Source: a virus
Lineage: Duplodnaviria > Caudoviricetes
Direction: 5' to 3' (one strand)
Length of the DNA: 64,000 nt
IMG/VR virus record: IMGVR_UViG_2772190774_000001
Span: 9,673 to 73,672 of that record
The notes under the pieces were generated by a model. That model worked only from the letters and a program-made list of their open reading frames with translations, ran no database searches and had not been told where the DNA came from. Shown here one piece after another: positions 25,164 to 35,029 of the stretch. A program made the translations under genes and the position numbers. Numbering within the stretch: position 1 is the stretch's first letter; every line of letters starts with the position of its first letter.

Positions 25164-27833
25164 CTAGGTGCGGGCGGTGCCGCCGTAGCTGGTCGTGGCC
25201 GCGGCCCCCTGGTAGACGGGGGTGTCGGCGTCCCCCCTGTAGATCGACCAGGGTTTCGCCTTGCGGTACATGCGGCCGGCGGTGGTGGTCTCAGCAGCCA
25301 GCGCGAGCAGCCCCCGCTTGTCCCCGCCGGTTGCGGTTGCGGTGCTGGTGTCCGTCGGCTGGCCGAGGGTGGCGGCGCGGGTCAGCACCAGCAGGGTCCC
25401 CGCGCTGGTCTCGGAGGGTTGGGTGAGAGCGCGCCGCTTGGCCCGGTGGAGGATGCCAGCGACCGCCAGCTCTACCGGCTGGGCGAGGGCGCGGCCCTTC
25501 GCCGGCACAGCCTGTCCCCCTGTGCTGGTTTCCTGCGCCTGGGTGAGGCGGGTTGCCTTGGCCGGCGCCTCATGTGCGGCGGTGGTGGTCTCCTGCGGCT
25601 GGTTCATCCTGCGCGTCTTGGCGGGGACGGCAGGCCGTCCCGTGTCCTGCTCGTCGGCCTGCCCGACGAGCTGGTGCTTGCGTCCGGCGGCGAGAGCGGC
25701 TGTGTCGGCCTCCACCGCTTGGGCGACCCCGCGGGCTCTGGTCCGGCCGATGGGGGCCGCTGTGGTGGTTTCAGCGGCTTGCGGGATGCCTGCGGTCTTG
25801 CGCCGTTCGGCTGAGGTCGCGGTTTCCGTCTCCGCCGCCTGGTTGAGGTGGGTGGCGCTGGCCCCCGTCAAGGGCGCGGTGGTGTCCTGCTCGACGGCGA
25901 GGGCGAGGGTGCTCGCTCCGGTTCGGTCGACGCTGCTCGCGGTGGTGGTCTCGATCGCCTGCGGTACGGCAGTGGCTTTGGTGGGTGTGGCCGCGCCGGG
26001 GGTGGCGGTCTCGCCTGCCTGATGGAGGTGGGCCGCCCGGGTGCGGATGGCCACGGTGGCGGTGTCCTGCTCGCCTGTCTGGGTGAGGGCGAGGTGGTGG
26101 TGCAAGGCGGTCTGCTGGGCGGTGTCCTGCTCGGTGGGCTGCCCAACCTGCCGGGCCTTGGTGTGTGCGACCGGCTGCCCGGTGTCGGCCTCTGCGGGCT
26201 GCTGAAGGGCGTACGCCTTCACGGGGGTGGGTGTGAGGGCGGCCCCGGTTTCGGTGGTCTGGGTGAGGGTGAGCGCCTTGGCGGGGGTCCCTGTGTGGGC
26301 TGAGGCGGTCTCGACCGGCTGGGTGAGGGCGAGGGCCTTGGTCGGGTCCGCGGGGGTGGCTGCGGCGATCTCAGCGGCCTGCGCGAGGCTGCCTCGCTTC
26401 TCCCCCGCCAGCGGGTGCGGGGTGATGGTCTCGGTGGCCGGGTCGATGAGGACGGCGCGGGCGAACGTGACCTGCTGCCCGGCGTCGGTCTCTGCGGCTT
26501 GGGTGAGGGTGACCGTGCCGACCCCTGTCAGCAGTTGCGCGGTGTCCGCCTCCGTGACCTGAGTGAGGGTGCTGGTCTTGGTGTGCGTGGCGGGTTGCGC
26601 TGTGGCGGTCTCGCTGGCCTGAGCGATCGGCCTGGTGTTGTTCGGCCGCACCGCCTGCGGGGTGCTGATCTCCACTGTCGAGGCGAGGGCGAGGGTCTTG
26701 ACCGCCTCGGTGGGTGCGGCAGCGTCCGTCGTCGTCGCCTGCCCGTACGCCCGTGTGTGAGTGGGCTGGACGGTTTGCCCCGTGTCGGCCTCCACGGCGG
26801 TGGCGAGGGACTGTTCGTGGGTGCGGGTCAGCGCGGTACCGGTATCGACCTCACCGGTTTGGGTGATGGGGCGGGCGACGTTGGGCTGCACCGCCTGCCC
26901 GGTCTCCCCTGTGGTCGCGGCGTTCAGGGGGCCCGCCTTGGCCGGGGTGGCCTGGGTGGCGGTGTGCGTGGTGGTGACCTGCCCGAGCAGGCGGTTCCTC
27001 GCCTTGGCGAGGGCTGCGGCTGTGGTCGTCTCGGCGGGCTGGGCCACGGCACGGGCGTGCGTGAGCGTGAGCGGGCTGCCGGTGTGCAGGGTGGCCGCCT
27101 GCCCGATGCTGATCGCCCGGCCCAGACCGACCGGATTCGCCGTGTCCGCCTCCACCGCCTGCGAGATCGGCAGAGACACCGAGGATTGGGAGAACATCAC
27201 AGGCGGGGTGAACGACCAGTTGATCGGCGGCCCGTCCTCGGTGGTTGCCCCAGAGCCGCCCGACAGGGTGTTCCCGTTCCCGCTGTAGTCGGCCGTGTCT
27301 GGGGAGGTCAGCGGATACCAGGCGGTGAGGCCACTGACCCGCTGCGGCAGGTATGTGAGCCCTTCAAGCTCCAACTCCGCCTGGGAAAGCGTGACACCAA
27401 CCAGGACCTTGAATGCGGCGACGCTGCCGTCCAGCCACTGCGCACCTGCGGCGCTCTCACCGATCCGGAAGGTGCTGAACCCGGTCGAGGAGGGCCCGGA
27501 CGCCCATGTGGTCGATGTGTAGCTGGATGAGCTGGACGTGCGTGTAACGAGCGTGCCGCTAGCGCCGTTCTTGCTTAACCCGAAGTAGCGCCAGCTCCCA
27601 TCCTGCGTGTGGTTCATGCTGACCACTACGCCGCTCTGGTAGTACACGGTGGTGCCGGTCACGGTCTGGACCAGGGTGAAGTAGTTCGAGGTGGTCCCAA
27701 CGTGCCAGACCGTGCTGCGCCCGATCCCGACCGTCGCCGCCCGGATCCAGCAGCAGACCGTGAAGGCGGACTGGGTGCCCAGGTTGAACGCGCGGCTGTA
27801 GTCCTCGCCGTCTGCGTCGAATCTGACCGCCAC
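25164..27833 (-). CDS. LamG/ConA-like lectin domain plus long repeat stalk (889 aa)
   Basis: FTVCCWIR, WRYFGLS, FRIGES..WLDGSVA; many QAxETxTA repeats about 23 aa apart. Confidence 0.8.
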   Translation of the reverse strand: MAVRFDADGEDYSRAFNLGTQSAFTVCCWIRAATVGIGRSTVWHVGTTSNYFTLVQTVTGTTVYYQSGVVVSMNHTQDGSWRYFGLSKNGASGTLVTRTSSSSSYTSTTWASGPSSTGFSTFRIGESAAGAQWLDGSVAAFKVLVGVTLSQAELELEGLTYLPQRVSGLTAWYPLTSPDTADYSGNGNTLSGGSGATTEDGPPINWSFTPPVMFSQSSVSLPISQAVEADTANPVGLGRAISIGQAATLHTGSPLTLTHARAVAQPAETTTAAALAKARNRLLGQVTTTHTATQATPAKAGPLNAATTGETGQAVQPNVARPITQTGEVDTGTALTRTHEQSLATAVEADTGQTVQPTHTRAYGQATTTDAAAPTEAVKTLALASTVEISTPQAVRPNNTRPIAQASETATAQPATHTKTSTLTQVTEADTAQLLTGVGTVTLTQAAETDAGQQVTFARAVLIDPATETITPHPLAGEKRGSLAQAAEIAAATPADPTKALALTQPVETASAHTGTPAKALTLTQTTETGAALTPTPVKAYALQQPAEADTGQPVAHTKARQVGQPTEQDTAQQTALHHHLALTQTGEQDTATVAIRTRAAHLHQAGETATPGAATPTKATAVPQAIETTTASSVDRTGASTLALAVEQDTTAPLTGASATHLNQAAETETATSAERRKTAGIPQAAETTTAAPIGRTRARGVAQAVEADTAALAAGRKHQLVGQADEQDTGRPAVPAKTRRMNQPQETTTAAHEAPAKATRLTQAQETSTGGQAVPAKGRALAQPVELAVAGILHRAKRRALTQPSETSAGTLLVLTRAATLGQPTDTSTATATGGDKRGLLALAAETTTAGRMYRKAKPWSIYRGDADTPVYQGAAATTSYGGTART

Positions 27834-27845
27834 CCCAAGCCCCCT

Positions 27846-28349
27846 CTACGAGTCGGAGTAGGCGAGGGTCAGCCCGAGGAGCATGGCATCACCCGTCATG
27901 GTGTCCCCGGCGTCGGATGGGAGGCGGGACACCCGCAGCCACACCACGTCCCCAGCCGTCACACTGTCCAGGTTGCTGATGGTGACGTCCACGGTGTGGA
28001 CCCGCTGCCCCGTCGTCCCCAGGTGGGTGTCGGTCGCGGTGTTCGCGGTCGCAAAGCTCTTGGTCTCCACGTCCTGCGTATCAGTGTTCGGGGTGATCGC
28101 CGCGAGCGCGGTCTCCCACGTCACCCCACCCGACGACGCGGTGTCGGCGTACCACTCCACCGTGCACGTGATGTTCCCGCTGCCGTACCCCAGCAGCGGC
28201 ACCTTCCAGTACGCCCGCTCCGTCGACGACCCGTCGTAGGCCAGCGAGAACACCGGGAAGTTCGTCCCCTGCACCAACGACAGCCCGGGGAACGACGACC
28301 CCCCGAACCTCGCCGCCCCAGGGTCTAACGCCACCCGCACCGTACCCAC
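27846..28349 (-). CDS. beta-sandwich virion protein (167 aa)
   Basis: beta-rich; lies between the two repeat proteins. Confidence 0.7.
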   Translation of the reverse strand: MGTVRVALDPGAARFGGSSFPGLSLVQGTNFPVFSLAYDGSSTERAYWKVPLLGYGSGNITCTVEWYADTASSGGVTWETALAAITPNTDTQDVETKSFATANTATDTHLGTTGQRVHTVDVTISNLDSVTAGDVVWLRVSRLPSDAGDTMTGDAMLLGLTLAYSDS

Positions 28350-30215
28350 TCAGACCTCCTCACTCGCCGACCCACCAAACCCGACCAGGGACACCCCGCC
28401 GCCGAACCCCGCCCCCACTGTGGGTTTGCGGAACACCCGCCCCACCCGCGACGCCTCCACCGCGACCGCGAGCAACCTGCCCTTCCCCACCCCGGCCCGG
28501 TGCGCCGTGGAGTCCTCCACCGCCTGCCCCAACTCACCGGCAACCCGCGCACCCAACAGGAGCGCCATCTCCCCCACGACGGCCTGGGCGAACTCAACCC
28601 GCCGGGCCACCCCACCCAACGGCAGACCCGCGTCCTGCTCCGTCACACGCCCCACCAGGCGGGTCTTCGCCGGCACGAGGCCAGCCGCCGCGTTCCCCTC
28701 GCCCGCGACACCCAGCCCGTACACAGTGGATCGTCCGACCGGGGCAGCAGCATCAACCTCAACCACCCGCCCGAGAGCCCCAGCCTTGGCGCCCACCGTG
28801 GGAGCCGTGGTGTCGGCCTCGACCGGCTGCCCCAACAGCCGCCCCAACGCCACCCGCAGCAGGCCCGCCGTAGCGTCCTCCACCACCGCCCCAAAAGGGA
28901 GCCGCCTCTCCCCAGCCACACCCCCGGCGACGTCCGTGCTGGCCGCCTGACCGAGCGTCCCCGCCACCTTCGACACCACCTCACCAGCAGCGTCCACCTC
29001 CACCGGCTGACCAAGGGTGCCCTGCTTGGCCCCACCCAGCAGGACCGCCGTGTCCGACTCGGCCGGCTGGCCCAGTGTCTGCGTCTTCGCGAGTGCGACC
29101 TGCCCCGCCGTGGTGGTTTCCGCTGGCTGCCCGAGACTGAGGTCTCTGCCCGCCCCGTACGCGGCAGCGGTGTCGTCCTCGAACGGCTGCGCGAGGGCGG
29201 TCGCCGTGGCTCGGCCTGCGGCGGTCGCGTCGTCGGTCTCCGTTGGCTGCCCCAGGTGCCCGGCGTGAGCGGGTGTCGTCGTCTGCCCGGTGCTCGTCTC
29301 CTCCGCCAGCCCAATGCTGGTGGTCTTCGCCCTCCCCGCGGGTATGGCGGTGTCCGCTTCCACCTGCTGGACGAGCGGCAGCACCCGCACTGGCTGCACG
29401 AGTTGCGCGCTGCCGACCTCGGCAGGCTGGCCCAACCCTGCGGCGCGAACCCGGGTGAACGCCGAACCGGTGTCGGTCTCTGCGGCCTGCCCCGCCGTTG
29501 CCGCCCTGCTCCGGCTGATGGCTGTGGCGGTATCGGTGGCGGTCGCTGCGAGGACGCCACGGGCTTTGGCCCTAGCGAGAACTTGACCGGTGTGCGTGGT
29601 GACGGCGATCGACATGCTGCGGGACTTCGCCGGGGTGATCGGCCGCGCAAGCTCCGATCCGGTGGCCTGCCCAAGCGCCACGGACGTGGAGTCGGAAAGG
29701 GTAGACGCCGAGTTGCCGGCGGTGCCCGTCCAAGACGCCCCCGGAGTCGCCCCATCGAAGTAAGACCCCAGGGACGACGACTGCTCAATCAGGCATTGAG
29801 TGAAGCTGGTGGCGTTGGCGGCGTAGTTCTCGCCGGTCACCACGAGCCGGACGCTCGCGGTACCGGACGGTGCGGTGCCGGTCTGGGAGATCCGCGTGAC
29901 GGATCCGTTGGTCGCGCTGAACGACGAGTTGGTAAGGCTGATCGACCCGCCGCTGCCGTTCAGCCACTCAATCCAGACCGTCCCGTTGATCGGGAACGTC
30001 TCCGGCCTGAGATACACGCTGACCGTGTAGGCCAACCCGGGGGATGCGGCGCCCGCCGGGCTGGTGAGGAAACTGCCGGCGGTGTAGCGGGCGGCGAACT
30101 GGCGGGCGAACCCCAGCCCGGTGACGTCGGTACGTGTCGGGGTGGAGCCACCCGCCCAGCCGGTGTTGTTGTTGTGCAGTGCCGGGTTCGGGCACAGGTT
30201 GGTGCGGGTGGCCAT
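28350..30215 (-). CDS. carbohydrate-binding-like N-terminal domain plus the same repeat stalk (621 aa)
   Basis: NLCPNP..GW, YTVSVYLR, IEW, SVRLVV, SYFDG; GQxxExDTA repeats. Confidence 0.75.
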   Translation of the reverse strand: MATRTNLCPNPALHNNNTGWAGGSTPTRTDVTGLGFARQFAARYTAGSFLTSPAGAASPGLAYTVSVYLRPETFPINGTVWIEWLNGSGGSISLTNSSFSATNGSVTRISQTGTAPSGTASVRLVVTGENYAANATSFTQCLIEQSSSLGSYFDGATPGASWTGTAGNSASTLSDSTSVALGQATGSELARPITPAKSRSMSIAVTTHTGQVLARAKARGVLAATATDTATAISRSRAATAGQAAETDTGSAFTRVRAAGLGQPAEVGSAQLVQPVRVLPLVQQVEADTAIPAGRAKTTSIGLAEETSTGQTTTPAHAGHLGQPTETDDATAAGRATATALAQPFEDDTAAAYGAGRDLSLGQPAETTTAGQVALAKTQTLGQPAESDTAVLLGGAKQGTLGQPVEVDAAGEVVSKVAGTLGQAASTDVAGGVAGERRLPFGAVVEDATAGLLRVALGRLLGQPVEADTTAPTVGAKAGALGRVVEVDAAAPVGRSTVYGLGVAGEGNAAAGLVPAKTRLVGRVTEQDAGLPLGGVARRVEFAQAVVGEMALLLGARVAGELGQAVEDSTAHRAGVGKGRLLAVAVEASRVGRVFRKPTVGAGFGGGVSLVGFGGSASEEV

Positions 30216-30227
30216 GGGTCCACGCCG

Positions 30228-30683
30228 CTACTGGGCGCGGAGAAGTCCGCTGGAGTTCACGACCGCGGTCACGTCCGTCCCGTCCGGGGTGAAGCTGAAG
30301 TCGTGCTTGGACACGGGGATGATGTTCGCGTCCGTCCCGGCGGTGGTGTCGCCGTCGTAGCACCACAGCAGCGCACCCACAGCATTGCCGGAGGTGGCGG
30401 TCCACACCTGGTCGGGGGCGTCGATGTCGACACGGTCGTTGGTGTCGTCGATCGTGACCGTCAACGGCGTGGTGATGGTCTTGCGGCCGAGCGATGTCTG
30501 CTCGTTGCTGGCCCCGGCGAGCAGGCTCGCGAGGTCGTCGTAGTCTTTCAGGGTGCCGTCGGCCTCCAGGCCGGACGCCTCCAGCGGCACCACGATGAGC
30601 GCATCGTTGGAGCCAGCCAGTTCCGCGAACGTACGGATCCGGCCCTTCGCGTTATTGAAGACGAAATCCGACATTTCAGGCAC
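30228..30683 (-). CDS. putative capsid appendage / minor virion protein (~150 aa)
   Basis: acidic, beta-rich; between the capsid and neck genes. Confidence 0.7.
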   Translation of the reverse strand: MPEMSDFVFNNAKGRIRTFAELAGSNDALIVVPLEASGLEADGTLKDYDDLASLLAGASNEQTSLGRKTITTPLTVTIDDTNDRVDIDAPDQVWTATSGNAVGALLWCYDGDTTAGTDANIIPVSKHDFSFTPDGTDVTAVVNSSGLLRAQ

Positions 30684-30966
30684 CCACCTTCTTGCAGCGC
30701 CACGCCGTGAAGTTCAGCTTCGGGTCGCCGTTCTTGTCCTTCACCGGCCGCCCGTCCTGATCGAGATGCGGGTCGAACCCCTGGAACCGGTACTCCACCG
30801 GACCGTCAGCGGCGTTGATCGTGAGGGTGACGTCGACCAGACCAGCGTCGATCTCCCTGCCGAGCCAGGAGAAGGGGAAGACGTGCTCGTCGGGCCACTC
30901 CCCGCCGACGAGCTTGACGTCGCCGTCACGGGTACGGCGCAGTACGAGGGATCGAGGCTTACCCAC
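30676..30966 (-). CDS. hypothetical protein (96 aa)
   Basis: AAGGAG RBS, GTG at 30966. Confidence 0.7.
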   Translation of the reverse strand: MGKPRSLVLRRTRDGDVKLVGGEWPDEHVFPFSWLGREIDAGLVDVTLTINAADGPVEYRFQGFDPHLDQDGRPVKDKNGDPKLNFTAWRCKKVGA

Positions 30967-31450
30967 GCTGGGCTCCTTCGGTAGGGATGGTGTAGGTGAG
31001 GACCAGCCCAGCGCCGTCCTCCGACGCCGCGGTGCCCGTGCAGCGGGCCTCAGCGGTCGGCGTGTGCCCGGCAGCCCGCGCGGCCTTGGCGGCGGCCAGA
31101 CCGTTCTGCTGATGCCAGTCCGCATCGTCCAGGTACAGGGCGGGCTGCCGCACCGTGATCTGCCAGACGAAATCTCCGGCGCCGGTCGACGGGGAAGAGG
31201 CCGGCGCCGGAGGCTCGGCGGGCTCGTCGTCGTCGGTGAGCCAGTCGTCCTCGTCCGGCTCGGTCACGGCGTCGGGCTCGTCCTCGGTCACGGCGTCGGG
31301 CTCGTCCCGCTGCGGGGCAGGAACCTGCCCGCTGCCGGGACAGGTCTTACCGTCGGGGCCCGGGTGCTTGTACAGCAGGCCAGCCTTGGTCAGCGGCACA
31401 TCGGTGTCGCCGCAGTCGGGGCATGCGCCCCGCTCGCGTGGCTCGCTCAT
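30959..31450 (-). CDS. zinc-finger plus acidic linker protein
   Basis: CPDCG..HPGPDGKTC; DEPDAVTE repeat. Confidence 0.7.
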   Translation of the reverse strand: MSEPRERGACPDCGDTDVPLTKAGLLYKHPGPDGKTCPGSGQVPAPQRDEPDAVTEDEPDAVTEPDEDDWLTDDDEPAEPPAPASSPSTGAGDFVWQITVRQPALYLDDADWHQQNGLAAAKAARAAGHTPTAEARCTGTAASEDGAGLVLTYTIPTEGAQRG

Positions 31451-31558
31451 CCCAGGCTCCTCATGTTGTGGGTTCGTCCTGGCCCCCGGCCGTGGGCATC
31501 GGTGTGAGGGGCCAGGACGACGTGTGACCGCTGATCACATGTCCTCTAGGACGCGTGA

Positions 31559-32476
31559 TCAGGCATCTTCAAGCACTGCGAACGCACGGGGGTGGGCCAC
31601 GGCGAACGCCCGGCGAGCCCTGATCTTGATGAGGGCCTGGTCCGTGAGGAACGCCGGGCCCGAGTCCGCGCCAGCGATGGCCGACTCCGGGCCCGACCGC
31701 ACGCCCTTGTACAGGAACTCCCGGTTGCACACGATCAGCAGCGGGTTCCCCGTGGGGTTGCTGGTGTTCGTCGCGTGGGTCTTCGCACCGAGCGTGTAGA
31801 AGATCTGGTGCCCGAACAGGGTGTCCGGGGTGCCAGCCGTACCCTGCACGAAGATCGGGGTGCCGTTGGTGTCCTTGATGCCGCGCATCTTCGCCTTGAA
31901 CGACGGGTGGGCGATGACCAGGGCGGAGCCCTCGTCCCAGTAGTCGCCGGTCTCCACGCGGGACAGCGTGTCGGACAGGTTGTCGTATGACACCGCCGAG
32001 CCCGAGGCGCTGACGACGTAGTTGTCGTCGGCGGTGTAGCTCAGCCCGGACTGCGTGGTCCGGATGGACTTGTACACGCTGGTGAAGAGGACGGTCGTGC
32101 CGTTCTCCGCCGCGGTGCAGCCGAGCGCCGCCTGGTCGTAGAACTTCGCGAACGACGTCGCCCAGTCCATCTTCTTCGTGTTGATGACGTCCACGAGGGA
32201 GCTGTCGGCGAGGTCTTCCTCGTTGAGGCGGAGCGCCTGGCCCATCTTGCGAGCGGTCAGCAGGACCTCGTCGTTGGTGCTGGAGTCCTCCGCATAGGTG
32301 CCGCCGGCGGCGACACCCGCGACGTCCATGCCCGCGCTGCGGGGGACGTGGCGGAGGTTGTTGGCCATGGGCCAGGAGCGGGCCATGGCCTCGATGACGG
32401 AGCGCTGGGTGACGCGCTGCACGACCTCGGAGGAGTATTCCTCCGGGATCCAGGTGGTGACGTCGTTGACGGCCAC
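31559..32476 (-). CDS. major capsid protein (HK97 fold)
   Basis: 305 aa; WIPEEYS, IKDTNGTPIF, TLFGHQI, LIKIRARRAFAVAHP. Confidence 0.95.
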   Translation of the reverse strand: MAVNDVTTWIPEEYSSEVVQRVTQRSVIEAMARSWPMANNLRHVPRSAGMDVAGVAAGGTYAEDSSTNDEVLLTARKMGQALRLNEEDLADSSLVDVINTKKMDWATSFAKFYDQAALGCTAAENGTTVLFTSVYKSIRTTQSGLSYTADDNYVVSASGSAVSYDNLSDTLSRVETGDYWDEGSALVIAHPSFKAKMRGIKDTNGTPIFVQGTAGTPDTLFGHQIFYTLGAKTHATNTSNPTGNPLLIVCNREFLYKGVRSGPESAIAGADSGPAFLTDQALIKIRARRAFAVAHPRAFAVLEDA

Positions 32477-32617
32477 GGTCGGTCCTCCGGTGGTGTTCGG
32501 GTCTCGTGTGTGTGGCCCGTCCGGGACCTGGTTGCCGCCGTACCGTCCGGTGCGGCTGTTCAGGAGATCGACGTCATAACGCGGTCGTGTTCAGCAGCGA
32601 AGCGGGAGAATGAGGTG

Positions 32618-32956
32618 GTGACCGAGCACCAGCAGAACGCGCCCCACCGTTCCCGGATGTCCTGGGCTCCTCGCCCCCGCCCTGTACGATCCGCCGACCC
32701 GATGGACGCAGTGATCACCTTCCTGCAGCGCGTGTCGCCCGCCGATGGCGATCTGATCGAGGCATACACATCTGCGAAGGAGCGAGCACATGCCTCACAG
32801 GCGAACTACAGGGCATGGCTAAACAACGAACGCGAGCCTTACCCAGTCCTGCCTGAAGGCCCCGAAGGGACCACGATCCCGGGTCTGGAACTCGTTCTGC
32901 GGATCTGTGCCGCCCGGTACGCCGATCACCCGGACTACCCGAAGGACCAGCCGTGA
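32618..32956 (+). CDS. DUF6221-like protein, antisense within the head operon
   Basis: C-terminal LRICAARYADHPDY; GAGG RBS before GTG; start uncertain. Confidence 0.7.
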   Translation: MTEHQQNAPHRSRMSWAPRPRPVRSADPMDAVITFLQRVSPADGDLIEAYTSAKERAHASQANYRAWLNNEREPYPVLPEGPEGTTIPGLELVLRICAARYADHPDYPKDQP

Positions 32957-33107
32957 CTTCGTGTCCGCCCGCAGGGGACAACTGGGAAGGGGGGTTCTAC
33001 GACCAGCACGGGCGGCTCTGGACACACCTGCCGAACGTGGGCTGGAGGCTGGCCAGCACGGGTCGGCCGTTCCTCCGACCGCACCCCTGGTGGAAGCGAC
33101 TTCTCCA

Positions 33108-33144
33108 CCCGTGAGGGTGTCCACGGCGTGGACACCCTCACGGG
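33108..33144. terminator. perfect 17-bp hairpin
   Basis: CCCGTGAGGGTGTCCAC-GGC-GTGGACACCCTCACGGG. Confidence 0.65.
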
Positions 33145-33171
33145 CTCCGTCACTCCTTGCCGAGCAAGGGC

Positions 33172-33330
33172 TCAGCCCCCGAGGAGCCAGATGGATGCCT
33201 TGTTGAGCACGCTCCACCTCGTCGGAGGCTTCTTCCCCAGCCCGGGGAACGTGACGTGTCTGTCGTTCCACGCGCCCAGCCACAAGCCGAGCTTCTCGCG
33301 ATAGGTCACACCGCGAGCATAGGTCGGCAT
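33172..33330 (-). CDS. small Trp-rich protein (52 aa)
   Basis: TGATG coupling to the scaffold stop. Confidence 0.55.
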   Translation of the reverse strand: MPTYARGVTYREKLGLWLGAWNDRHVTFPGLGKKPPTRWSVLNKASIWLLGG

Positions 33331-34058
33331 CAGCCCTTGCCGAGCAGCAGCGCCGCCTGCCGCTCCGACACCGACATCTCCTTCTTCGGCGGTGCGGGCT
33401 TGTTCGCCCCGTCCGCGCCCCGCGCCGGGCGCTTGACCTCGGGCTTCCGCTCCGGCTCCGGCTGGGTGTCGGCGAACAGCTCCGGCCACTCCTCCCGCAG
33501 GCTCGTCACCTGCGAGTCGAGGCCGGTCACCTCGCCGTCGGGGTCGATCTCGATCTCGTCCATGTCGAGCAGCTTCAGCGCGCCCTTCACCCGGGACGGC
33601 TTCACCCCCGCTTCGAGCAGGGCGGCGCGCGCGCTGATGGGCTTGTACTTCGCGTCGGCCTTCCGCTGCGCTTCCTCGGCGGCTTCGCGGCGGGCGGTCT
33701 CGTCCGCCGTCTCGTTCGCCCGCTTCAGGTCGTCCAGCTCGCGTCGCAGGTCCCGCAGCGCCTTCTTCGCCGTGTCCCGATCGGCGATGACCTTACGCAG
33801 CTCAGCGCGGGACACGGGCTTCTCATCGGCGGGCTTGGGCTCGGGCTTCTCGTCCTCGGCCGTCTCGTCGGCGTCCGCCGAGTCGTCGGCCTCCTGCTCC
33901 GGGGTCTCCTCGTCGGCCTGCTCGCCCGGGCCCTCGTTGTCGCCCTCGCCGGACCCGCCGAGCACCGGCCACACCCAGCGCCCGGACGGCAACTGGCCGA
34001 TCGCCGTCAGGCCCGTGAACGGGTGAACCGGCAGCGTGTTCATCATCGTGTCGTCCAT
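33330..34058 (-). CDS. capsid scaffolding protein
   Basis: acidic N-terminus, coiled coil, LLDMDEI, WPELF; upstream of MCP. Confidence 0.9.
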   Translation of the reverse strand: MDDTMMNTLPVHPFTGLTAIGQLPSGRWVWPVLGGSGEGDNEGPGEQADEETPEQEADDSADADETAEDEKPEPKPADEKPVSRAELRKVIADRDTAKKALRDLRRELDDLKRANETADETARREAAEEAQRKADAKYKPISARAALLEAGVKPSRVKGALKLLDMDEIEIDPDGEVTGLDSQVTSLREEWPELFADTQPEPERKPEVKRPARGADGANKPAPPKKEMSVSERQAALLLGKG

Positions 34059-34072
34059 CCGGACTCTCCTTC

Positions 34073-35029
34073 TCATGGGCGCCGTCCAGCGCCAGTCGGT
34101 ACAGCACGACCACGAGGGAACCGGCCGGCGCGGACCGCGTCCCGCCCGTACTCCTCAACGGTCTTGGGTAGTCCTGCGCCGCGGCGGAGCAGCCGGTCAG
34201 CGGCACGCAACCGGGCAGGCTCCGACTCGCTGGGCAGGGAGAAGCCGCGGACAACGGAGCGGCGGGCCTCGCGGCGGAGCGCGTCGGCGGCTCCTTGGGC
34301 GTCACCCCACACAGCCCTGACACGGCACCGACACGAGGGGTGCCGGGGTGGGCGTCCTGTGAACCCAAGCCACAGCAACGGCTTGTCGCCGAACGTGCGG
34401 TTCTGGGGGAACCGCTCCCCCACCTTGACGATCTGCCCGGACAGGGCCGTGCAGGTGAGGCAGGCGTCCCTCTCGGCGATCCACATGACACCGTCCGCGC
34501 CGGTCTGCCTCGCGACGGCGTCCACGCCCATGCTCGCGGCCTGGTTCACGGCGGTCGCGGCCACGGCCGACAGCCGGGAGGCGACCCGCTCGGCCGCCTC
34601 ACGGGCCGCCTGCTGGTTGGGGGCGGAGCGGACAGCCGCGGCGCCCTGGTCGAGCAGGGCGCGGATCTCCTGGGCGGCGCGGGTTTCCAGGATCGTCGTC
34701 TGCGGCATCCGCGGGGACACCGGGTGTCGGGCGCGGCGGGCTCCCTGCGGTCTCCTACGGGCCGCCACACGGGCGCGGGGACCCCGGCCACGAGGACGGG
34801 CCAGTCTCGCCCCACGGGCCCCCAGAGCCGCGCCCACACGCACGGCACGCCGCACCGCGGCCCGTACCACACGAGTCACCGCATCCCGCAGCGCCAGCAG
34901 GGCGGCGGCGGTGATGCCCGCGGCGATGGCCGCCTCCACCAGATGCCGCACGGTGTGGCTGGCCTGCTCCTCCAAGGCGACGAGCGCCTGCTCCTCCGGC
35001 GGCGGCGGCTGCTCGGGTGGGGTGGTCAC
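34073..35029 (-). CDS. MuF-like head morphogenesis / minor capsid protein
   Basis: ACLTCTAL...PPRHPSCRCRV. Confidence 0.85.
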   Translation of the reverse strand: MTTPPEQPPPPEEQALVALEEQASHTVRHLVEAAIAAGITAAALLALRDAVTRVVRAAVRRAVRVGAALGARGARLARPRGRGPRARVAARRRPQGARRARHPVSPRMPQTTILETRAAQEIRALLDQGAAAVRSAPNQQAAREAAERVASRLSAVAATAVNQAASMGVDAVARQTGADGVMWIAERDACLTCTALSGQIVKVGERFPQNRTFGDKPLLWLGFTGRPPRHPSCRCRVRAVWGDAQGAADALRREARRSVVRGFSLPSESEPARLRAADRLLRRGAGLPKTVEEYGRDAVRAGRFPRGRAVPTGAGRRP

